Shown here one piece after another: positions 27,901-37,300 of a stretch of DNA of 64,000 nt. A program made the translations under genes and the position numbers. Each line of letters begins with the position of its first letter. Position 1 is the stretch's first letter. This DNA is from a virus, in the IMG/VR virus record IMGVR_UViG_3300045988_076381; one strand, given 5' to 3'. Below the pieces are notes generated by a model. That model was given only the letters and a program-made list of their open reading frames with translations, was not told where the DNA came from and did not search any database.

Positions 27901-30900
27901 AGCCTGCATAGCAACCATACGTTTATATTGAGCTAATAATCTATTAGCATGATCCCGGATAAAATATTCCGGATTTATAGATCCATCGGAATTTAAATAA
28001 TACACGCCTCTTAATTTAGAAGGATGTGCATAAGGTTCACCTACACTTACTTGAAGGAATTGATTAGATAAGAACCCATCCAAAAAGAAATATTTTTCTA
28101 ATATAGGATTTAATTTCCCATCTTTTTCTAATAACATCATTCCATCTCTGCCAATCCAATTTTTTAGAGAAGGAATATCTTTTAAGAATTTAAATACTTT
28201 GGTATCTACTTCAATACCTTTAGATTTTAAATCCTTTTTAAATATCTCTTTTGATCTATTTATAAAATCCTTGTAATAAGAATTATCTGTAGTAGATACT
28301 TGATAGATATTAGCCATATTTTCTATAAATGGATTTAATCTAAATACACTATTACCTTTAGACATTTCCACTTTAGAATAATGAACTTCTTCTATAAATT
28401 TAAAATTAGGATCTTCTAAACTTAATTCTCTAGCTATTTGAGAGACTTCCTTCCATCTAGTAGATAAGAGATTATTTATTGCGATGATATTATTATTTAT
28501 AATCTCAGCTTTTTCTTTCTTATTTTTAATTTTAGATATAGAATCTAATAAAGAAACACCTAATCTTTCACCTATTCTATAATAAGATTTAAATAAATTT
28601 GATAATAGATTAGTATAATAAATCTGTTGGCTATTAAAATTCTCTACTTCGATCTGAGTAGCAGATGCAGATTTAATATTCTTCCCATCAAATTTAATAT
28701 CCTTAGATATTTTAATAAGAGATTGATTAGATTTATCTGCGTATACAGTTGGAAGAAATTCTATATAATTAATTTGATCATTCATTAGATTTTTGAAATA
28801 ATCTAATATTATAGATGATACTCCGTACTCAGAAACATTGAATTTATTCTTTTGTACTGTTGTTCCATTTGGAGATATAAATTCTGTTTTTAATCCAATT
28901 CCTTTTAAATATTCTGGATTATTATAGAATATATTAGATTCGAATATATTAGATATATTAGAATGCTTTCTAACATTATTCTGATAATCTCTAGTAGTAT
29001 ATATAAACTCGTGTATGTTTTTAACTAAATTCATCAATCCTATAGATGGCACATTATCTCCATCAGAGTTTTTATATGTACTTGGACTAGCTTCTCTATT
29101 TAATAAATTTATGGAACTAACTGCGGCTTTAAATACACTTGATCTATCTCCTTTAGAATTTAAATTAACCTTTAATCTTGGTCTAGTTTTACTTGATGTA
29201 AAGAATTTATTAAAAGTAATATCCTTCATTGTTTTAAATTCTGGAAAGGATTTTTTTACTTTAGATTTAAATTCTCCTGGAGTAAGATTAACTTTATTAG
29301 AATCATATTCTTTATATATAGAATCTAGAGTATCAATTGTTTTAAGTGTTCTATATAATAATCCCAAAAGATCTCCTTTTAGATTAGATTCGGCTTCCGT
29401 TCTATATTGTGATTTTAATATAGAATATAATTGCCCAGAACTATTTATAAATGGAAGATCTGTAGATAATTGTAACAATTCTAACAACCTAAATCCATTC
29501 ATAATAGATTCTGATAAAGTTTTACCATTTATAATCGCACTAACTTGTTCTGGATTTGGGATTGTAATACTATCTAATAATTCTTTATTTAAATCTTTTC
29601 CAGTTATAGCATCTTCGTTAGCAATATTTAAATGATCATTAATAAATAATGTTCTAGATCCAATGGTGATAGAAATAGAATCATCTAAGACCTTAACTCT
29701 AAATTTATTTCGTAATACATTTAAAATAGTATTATCATAATCACCATTTCTAGCTATAGAATCAACATATTCAGTTAAATTTCTTTCCTGTCTAAATAAA
29801 GAGGATTCATAAGTTAGATTTGAGAATGTATTTACTTCATACTCTTTACTTTCTGAATTATATTCATATGATATATATTCTGATCCATCCTGTTTATTCA
29901 TATAAGCTAAGACATCCAAGAAATAGTTAAAACTTAAATCTCCTTGGTTATCTTTAATTATATTATATAAAGATTTAGCTTCTGGAGTAGAGTCAAAGAT
30001 GTATTTATATATAGACAATAATGCCTTTTTAGTATCTAAATTAAAGTCTAAATTCTTCTTAAATTTATTTATTTTTGATGGATCAGTTTTTCCATCTGTA
30101 ACAAATAAAGAATTAAAAAATTCTATATAAGCTACTGTAGGATTTAATTTACCTAATTTTAATGAATTATATTTATTAGAAGATTTAATAACAGGATCTC
30201 CGATTCTAGATATAGCATTGTTAAATTCATTAACTGTCATATAAGATATCTCATCCCATTTCCCATCAGAATCTAATAAAGGAATATTTTGTATAATAGC
30301 TTTAGTTAAACTAGTAGTCTCTCTATTTATATCGGAATCTTCATTAACTCTAAAATGTTGTCTTAATGCATTTTTAGTGAACGGAAGATATTTAATTTCA
30401 TTTCTATTAGTAGATTTAATTCCTAATTTAAATGGATCTATTGAAATTAATCCGTCTGTTAATAATACTATTAAATTATCAAAATTCTCTAAAGTCACTA
30501 AAGCGTTATATGCATTTAAATAATCTTGATTAGATTTAGATAAAGGAGTGTATAGAACATTATTAATCGAATTTAATTTTGATGTAGGATTATGTTGATC
30601 ATAATATTCATTTAATCTAGATATAATAGTAGTAAATTCTGTAATATTAAAAGATCCATCCTGATTATATAAAGGAATAATATCTTTTTCTCCTAAAAAT
30701 TTTGTTATATGATTAAATAATATTTGTTTATATTCTGCAATATTATTATTTAATTCTGAATAAGTTCGAACAATTTTTCCAGAATCTAGATTTAGAAAGG
30801 AATTTTTAAATATCTCCCTTTTAAATGTAGAAACAAATCTATTATATAAACTATTATTATTTTGAAATTTAGTAATTAAATCTCTATTAGTCTTTATTTC

Positions 30901-31338
30901 TTCATTATAGGTAACGTTTTTTCTACTTCTATTTAATTGTTCTACATATTCTTTCGTAGCTAAATCTCTATCCTCCTCCGTCACAGATTCATCTTCTTCT
31001 ATAGTCTTTACTTCATTCTCTAATGTAGTTACTAGAGGATCTGGATTTTTATATTCTTCCGGAGGTAAAGTTTTTTCTATATTCTTAGTTAAAATTTTAT
31101 CTAAGGAATTATTAAGTATTGTATTTAATTCCGTATTATAGGAAAATAATCTTATATATTCCTTTATTGCATCTACTAAATTTTCATCAGAATCAATGAT
31201 AAAATCTTTTTGCAGAGAATTTTTAATATTCTGAAATTGTTGATCTGAAATAGTATCTCCCTGAAAATTAATCCAGGGAGATAGATTTATTAAAAATTCT
31301 GGGCTTCTAGTGTTTGAATCAAAAAATTTACAAGCCAT
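24955..31338 (-). CDS. giant virion-block protein (2127 aa from MACKFF start); probable 5' exon of a spliced gene
   Basis: Uninterrupted 6.4-kb ORF. Its last ~7 codons and stop lie inside the predicted P1/P2 region of intron copy 1. The size is similar to crAss-like virion RNA polymerases, but no catalytic motif could be assigned confidently. Confidence 0.8.
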   Translation of the reverse strand: MACKFFDSNTRSPEFLINLSPWINFQGDTISDQQFQNIKNSLQKDFIIDSDENLVDAIKEYIRLFSYNTELNTILNNSLDKILTKNIEKTLPPEEYKNPDPLVTTLENEVKTIEEDESVTEEDRDLATKEYVEQLNRSRKNVTYNEEIKTNRDLITKFQNNNSLYNRFVSTFKREIFKNSFLNLDSGKIVRTYSELNNNIAEYKQILFNHITKFLGEKDIIPLYNQDGSFNITEFTTIISRLNEYYDQHNPTSKLNSINNVLYTPLSKSNQDYLNAYNALVTLENFDNLIVLLTDGLISIDPFKLGIKSTNRNEIKYLPFTKNALRQHFRVNEDSDINRETTSLTKAIIQNIPLLDSDGKWDEISYMTVNEFNNAISRIGDPVIKSSNKYNSLKLGKLNPTVAYIEFFNSLFVTDGKTDPSKINKFKKNLDFNLDTKKALLSIYKYIFDSTPEAKSLYNIIKDNQGDLSFNYFLDVLAYMNKQDGSEYISYEYNSESKEYEVNTFSNLTYESSLFRQERNLTEYVDSIARNGDYDNTILNVLRNKFRVKVLDDSISITIGSRTLFINDHLNIANEDAITGKDLNKELLDSITIPNPEQVSAIINGKTLSESIMNGFRLLELLQLSTDLPFINSSGQLYSILKSQYRTEAESNLKGDLLGLLYRTLKTIDTLDSIYKEYDSNKVNLTPGEFKSKVKKSFPEFKTMKDITFNKFFTSSKTRPRLKVNLNSKGDRSSVFKAAVSSINLLNREASPSTYKNSDGDNVPSIGLMNLVKNIHEFIYTTRDYQNNVRKHSNISNIFESNIFYNNPEYLKGIGLKTEFISPNGTTVQKNKFNVSEYGVSSIILDYFKNLMNDQINYIEFLPTVYADKSNQSLIKISKDIKFDGKNIKSASATQIEVENFNSQQIYYTNLLSNLFKSYYRIGERLGVSLLDSISKIKNKKEKAEIINNNIIAINNLLSTRWKEVSQIARELSLEDPNFKFIEEVHYSKVEMSKGNSVFRLNPFIENMANIYQVSTTDNSYYKDFINRSKEIFKKDLKSKGIEVDTKVFKFLKDIPSLKNWIGRDGMMLLEKDGKLNPILEKYFFLDGFLSNQFLQVSVGEPYAHPSKLRGVYYLNSDGSINPEYFIRDHANRLLAQYKRMVAMQATIHNYYQKALEGTTPTINVAIIKDIEAPVFNPSGETDNVKVLDGSMECNPFQNVLENNSMFSSSAGYNRKNFGYNVDLEFGNGLLMKCAIFSITNYRMRKSPEKVKLLQKMTDRKWDVPIINLMQDFNGNKRHLRDIISEDLYYYNANNGEYYRIIDLESLGNNTYNIIERRVNNNGGDTQNSRNVTRTVVIDSNYKLWKALGGEYSYSLDNSNPLDPYLSNSGDKGEASVNATVQFMNKTGYYITKRDLLNMVNGDLDLLNTIISKQDLPFTFNNIPEDSSYILDEQRKLRVILDQNYIYQPLKYSDIHYLANGTSIKVGAFNTNPANARYDDTPLSYGRVGTQFVGIQMDADHHADLSTVTESTQIISTLAANGYTSDLADAAYRALGSVVNTTLKKYFEAHNQANNLETLTELGEANKTLLYKLLAKATIKAFEGSSGDGVITGYLEEAAREFEENLNNELFNARDLRFKIPFSSGSINSSFITMLASKMNSDSIKRTFSGMGAVMIPSYGSIKHYYFDGSENLFDSNGNVLRGYYSQEDLIHIANEAGYYSLTDENGNILRSGLDRYLETGNLTQEISTDLIEFGDIVLDPTTGEQVDINTYDKFKHYRNLNTTVTNLKGIRKELQPFRATWSIDGINKKYNIYDHPIIEDMFRLRESKASKEEILALQQFVNRYIGLLDENIMLLDPRMPEYQMIIDNNDIIEFVGGLQGVRIHDLNIKRAQAVISKVYQSIFGLRTGDNIANIINSNGEYFRQKLLRTYNKAKSDPLPNDIEFLKNSLDNTRIIINKPSSENYISSLTPLEILTEVIDGEEWRLNENGEAVYKTSGLHFYQDTSNGIVQEVIVVDPSNLGNLVNVFNSSDEYIGIWYNFNSDNIKELRDYINMTDSRLGEELAINNSSIEEIKDEYDDYINRRIERDSKKIYRSFIESLKITANRIPAQAFQSIMTMDVVGFSDAESNEAYVNLYQIWLKYLGVI

Positions 31339-31340
31339 AT

Positions 31341-34300
31341 TTAACAAATATTATATTTACTTCTTATCTTATTTATATCAGATAGTATTGTTTGTATATT
31401 CATATTAGATAAAATTAAATTTACTGTATCAGGGATGATTTCAGATTTAGTTATATAATCCACTAGTAAGTTATTGCTATCATAAGTTAATAACACTTTT
31501 GTTATATTTCTTAATATTTCTAAATCTTTAGGATCTGATACTACATCAAACATTTTTCCAAATGCTTGTGACAAAGATATAATATTTTTATCAGAATTAC
31601 TATCTTCTCTTACTAAATTTTCTTTATTCCTAGAATAGATGTTTAGAGAATCTTTTTCAAAGTTATAGTCTATATAATCCACTTCTGTTGTAGAATCTAA
31701 ACTAATAGATTCTGATTTAAGACGATTATTTACTAATCCTAAAATATTTCTTATATCTTCTGAGATAGAAGTTTCCGAACGTCTAGCAGGATTAGTGAGA
31801 ATAGATCCAATTGAATCATCTATAAGATCATTTAGATCATTATTACTAGTATTTAATTTACGTCCTATTTCTGCTCCTAATATTTCTAATGTATTTATAG
31901 GAGCTTCTGATTTGGTTTCTACTTCTGGTTTAATTCTTTCAACTCTAGCAATGCCAAAATTAGTAGGATCAGCTAAATCTCTAGAAGGTTGGAATACGAA
32001 TTGTGGGGTTTGAATATCTCTATCTATATAATACTGCCCCTCAGGATTTCTTGCTTCGTAAAAATATTCTCCTCCAGTATAATCGGTTTTCTTATCTGTT
32101 AATTCATAAACTGGAAATGGAAAAATTCCATTTTTAAATAAAGGATTATAATTAGGAGCTTCTACAGAATTAATACTTCCATCAGGCTGTTTATAATTTC
32201 TTCTTCCCAACATAGCAAATTCCATAAAATCAATTATATCTAAATCAGTAATTCCATCTTCTTTATTCCAATCCTGAAATATTCCACCATTCTCTTCATT
32301 TATAATTGGAGAAGAAACTAATAATTCAGGATGTAACCTTTGATTTATCTTAAACTCTATAATTTTATTTATAAATTTAAGTACATCATTTCCGTTAATA
32401 GTAGAAGAATAATTTTCCATCTTTTTTATCTCTTCTGGAGTAGTTTCCATATGTAACCTCTCCATTATTCTTAGGATATGAGGTAATCCAAATTTAACTT
32501 TAGAACCAGGAAGATCAAATGGATTTTCCGCATTTCCTTCTTTGGCAGCAAGTGCTGATAGAGAATTAAGTAACTTTTCAGCAATTTTTATGTGCTTAGA
32601 TTCCGGCTTTCCAGTAGTTTTTAGGTAATTATAATAATTATATATAGATAGTAATGTATCAAATCCTATAAAATCTCCAAAGTAAGATTTATAAAATTTA
32701 CCATTATATTTAGCTACTCCAGAATTCTTTTTATATGAATTTATAAATTCTCTATATTTAGATATAAAGGATTGGAATGTTTGTCCTTCCGGATTTAAAA
32801 TGATCATTCTAATTTTATCTCTTCTATCTAGATCATTATCATATTTTCCATTCATTTGGTCTATGTAATAATCTCCATACTGATCTTCTGAGATAATATT
32901 ATCATCCTCATCAAATATATATTTACTATGTGTAGCAAATACTACTGCTTTGCCTTTGATATTATTCTTATTTATTTCAGCATTTAATCTCTCAGATTTA
33001 GATTTTAATATAGGTTCTAATCTAGATTTTTGAGTAGTATCTGCTTTATTATATTCCTCTAAAGTTTCATAATAATCATTATATAGAGTATTTAATCTCT
33101 CGTTACGTTGAATTAATAACTCATTCCGATTAGATTTACCGTATCTAGTATTAGTTACTATATAAGGTTTGGAGAAGTAAATTCCTCTAAATTCAGATTC
33201 TTTAGATTCAAATGGAACATGTGCAAATTTTTTCTTATCTGATCCTTTATATATAATACTATTAGTAATTCGTTCTAATTCGAAATCATCTCTAAGCTGG
33301 AAATATTTATTAGATTTTCCACTTTCATCCAAAATGAAACTATTCATTATTTGTCCATAGAATTTTTGATATTCTACAAACCATGCTTTAGAAGCTCTTT
33401 GTTCTGGAGTATCAGAATCTTTAATTCTAAAAGATTCATTATTAATATTTGGTAATTCTACTATATAAAGCTCTACAGTATTCTCTTCTGTAGAAGAATT
33501 TAATATAGGAATTTCATATATAATTCTAATAACAGAATCTTCTTTTCCTATAGATTTATTAAAATATTTAGTTGCTTTTAATACAAACTTCCCGTTAGAT
33601 AAATCTAATGTTCCAGTATTTCCAGATATGTCATTATATAAATTAGATAAATCTTGTTCAATATTATAATCTTTAAATAATTTATTTCTTCTGGATTTTG
33701 TGTAATTATATAATATACTCTTTACTTCTAATATCTTTTCATCAACTCTTTCGAATTGTGTAGGATTTAAGCCATCAATTTCTCCATTAAAGAATGCTCT
33801 ATGTTCACTATTTGAATCTAATCTTAGCATTATAGCGGAATCTTTAATGCTATAAGTAGTTATATCACCATTAATTTCTGCTTTAGGTTTAATTCTTGTT
33901 CTATAAGAATAACATATAAAACTATCAGGAGAATGTTTCTCTGTTTTAGATTCTATTCTTTCTAATTGTTGAATTTCTCTATTAGCTTCTGGAGAATCAC
34001 TAAATGCAGCATCTAAAACTTTTCCTAATTCTACATTAGGTTGGGGTGTTGAGACTGATGTAGTAGAAGATTCTTTCTTTTGAGGTTCTATAGTTTTATT
34101 CTCTAACGAAGCATTAAGAGCTTTCAATCTTAATTCTGAGAAAGATTTAGCAGCTTCATTATTTAATATAGAGGATTGTGTATAACTAATTCTTTCAGAT
34201 CCTTTAGTAAGTTTAGTAGTTAACCCATTATTTATAATAATAGTACCTTCTTTAGATCTAGTTATAGCAGTATATAAATCTCTAGTAGCTTTTTCTACAA

Positions 34301-37300
34301 ATTCTCCATGAGATCCGAAATTAAATTTCTTATCTACTATAAAGTATTTAGCTTCTGAACCTTGTACTTCTTCAAGTTTAAATTTCCTTATTTTTCCAGG
34401 ATTCTTTTTTATATAAGTATCTATTAGCTTATATGTATCAGAATTTACATCATCATATATAAATCCTATCGGCTCTTCTGAGTCATGAACTAATTTATCT
34501 AAATCAAAAGTAGAAATAGATCCAACAATTTTATCTCCAGAGAGTTTTACGTCGTCTTCATAATATTTTAGACTAGGTACGTTCTCATAGTTAGATAACG
34601 CTATTTTTATTCCCTCTTCTAAATTAAATTCTCCTGTAGTATAGTAATTATCTACATTTCTAACTCTATCAGTTAATACTCTTAAAGAATCTAAGTTATC
34701 TTTTTTATGGATATTAGTAATTCTTAAAGATGTAGCTAAAGTAGGTGTGTATATTAAATTAGTATCTACATCTATCCCTAAATACGCTCCATCACTTCCA
34801 GCATAACCAGATTGTAATAAATCACCGGAAGTAATTAATATCTTATCATTTTGTTGAGCCCATGAAGATAATAATTCTAATTCAAATTTAGATAATTGTG
34901 TAACTTCATCGATAAATATCAATCTTTGATCTTGAAATATCCCAGATTTAAAATTAGAAGGAGTTAGATATTTAGGATTTATTCTAACAACTAATTCCTT
35001 GTCTTGAGTTTCTAGTATATCTATAACCCTCTCATTCTCCGGAATAGTTTTAGATTGAGGATCATTAAACTGTTTCTTGGCCTTTTCTATTATTTCTGGA
35101 GATACTAAAATAGAATTTAATAACATATCAGCGGTAATTGCTGTTAGTTTTTTATTCTTAATAGTATCATTTATAGTGTTCAATCCTTCCGTTTCAGAAT
35201 AAGATTTTCCAGTAATCGAATTTAATAGATTAACTGTTTGTTGCATCTTAGGTCCAGATATAACAGCACCTTGTTCTCCTAATAATTTATTAGCTAATTT
35301 AAATACTAAAGAATCAACACCAGTAGTCTTACCTACTCCTGGTGCTCCATTTATAAATACTGTATTTTGTAGTCTAGATATATAATTCTTATATTTATCT
35401 CTAAGTGCTGGATTTGTAATACTATTCTCAAACTCCTTAGTTAACTCGGTAGAGTTGTTCATGAAGTTTATATCTATAATACAAGCTAACGCAATCCTTG
35501 CAGCATATTCTTGAGAAAATATAGGAATTATAAGTTGTTTATCTGATCCCAAGGATTCATTCACTATATCTCTTAATGCATTATTAAATGTAGATGCTTT
35601 TGTGGTTAATATAGTATGATAATAGATAAATAAATCGGAGGGAGACATCTCAGTTATTTCAGAATTTAAAGAAGCTGGATTATTATAAGCTTCTTTCATT
35701 AATTTAGAATAATCATAATTCTGAAATAATTTAGATATTAAATGTTCTTTAGATACTGTATTATTCTTAGATAATTTAGTAGCATTATCATAAATTCTAT
35801 CTTCTACTTCTAAAATAAGTTTCTCCAATGAAATATATTCTTCATCAGTTAAATCCGAATTATTTAAACTATCTAAATTATAATTAGATAATATATCATC
35901 CACTCCTTCAAATAATTCGGGAGCTTTATTTCTAAATAATTTATCCTGATAATTCTTTATGAGAGCTTGTCTAGTTTTTATAGCTGTAAGCTTATGCTCT
36001 TTAAGTTTATTACCTTTATTTTGTTCAGATAATTTTTTATAGAATCCCAATTTATTCTTTATCCTTTCTAATTCTTGTATAACTTCAAATGCGGAATTAG
36101 ATTCTATTTCTGGAAGCTTTTCTGATACTCCTAATTTTTCTCTTACATAATTTAAAGTAGAATTAAATCCATATCCTCCATTTTCAATAGTAGAAGATTG
36201 CATCGAAGATACTACTGATTGCAATGCGTTAATCACATTTATTGCAGTATCAAGTTGTTCTAATTTAACCTTTCCTTGCAAAACATAATCAGAAAGTGTA
36301 TTAGTAGATTTTAATAAATCACTTTCATTTGATAATAATTCAAAGATATTAATATTTCCAGCAGATTCATCTACATTTAAATATATCTCAGATAATAAAG
36401 TATTTAAAGGATTCTCTACTAACTGAGAAGGATCTATTGAAGCTTCTGATAAAATATTTATTTCTGATAAAGATGATTTTGTTTTAGATTTATTTGAATC
36501 ATTTATACTTTCTATAATGATCCTTTTCTCTACATCATTTAAATTAGAATTTTTTAATAGGCTTGCTATTTCAAACCAATCTTTTACATTTTTTAACTCT
36601 TCTGATATTTGTATTACCTCTTCTAAATTATTAACTCCAATTTCTTCAAATCCTTCTTTTAAAGCAGCTTGAAAATCCGGAGATTGGGATTTTATATTTT
36701 GTAAATCATAATTAACTAATTCCCCAAGACTCTCATCTACATAAGATAAAAGATTAGATACATAAGAAGAGTAATCTAATTCTACCTTATTATCTGATTT
36801 TAGATATGTCTTTATATAAGAATATAAATCCTTAGTTAATTCTATTCCCTCATTTCTAGCACTTTCAATTAAATTCATCATTGATCTAGTCCTAAGTTGG
36901 GGAATTAGATTAAACTGTAATAATCCAGATAAATTAATAAGAATCTTTCTAATATTAGATATTACTTCTTCTGAAGAGTTTAAATTAGGAAGATTTAAAT
37001 TATTTTGTATATAAGATTTAACTATAGAATTAGAAATGTTCTTATTTAAAAATTCTTCTATAGATTCTCTTATTACGAAATTTTTATCTAAAGTAGGATC
37101 TGAGTTTAATTTATTGTTAATAGAATTAGATAAGGTATCTATTTTCTGATCTATATTAAATATTGTATCAAATATATTAGATATAAATTCTCCAGAATTC
37201 TTATATGTAGAGAAAATACTACCTACATCAATTCCAGATCCATCCTGATTTATTGAATTAAAGAAGTTTTTAATTATATTCTGAGTATTTATATCAGATA

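Noticed and set aside
29015-29635. 206-aa + strand ORF antisense to the 2130-aa gene.
   Set aside because: It lies entirely within a much longer, compositionally coherent - strand ORF. It has Leu/Ser/Phe/Asn-rich shadow-frame composition and no start context or motifs.
17150-31350. Split inteins or protein trans-splicing as the explanation for the C-terminal Cys and N-terminal M-[AG]-C junctions.
   Set aside because: No intein-sized domains or intein blocks (such as a terminal HN) flank the junctions. The proteins simply end and start at the Cys codons.
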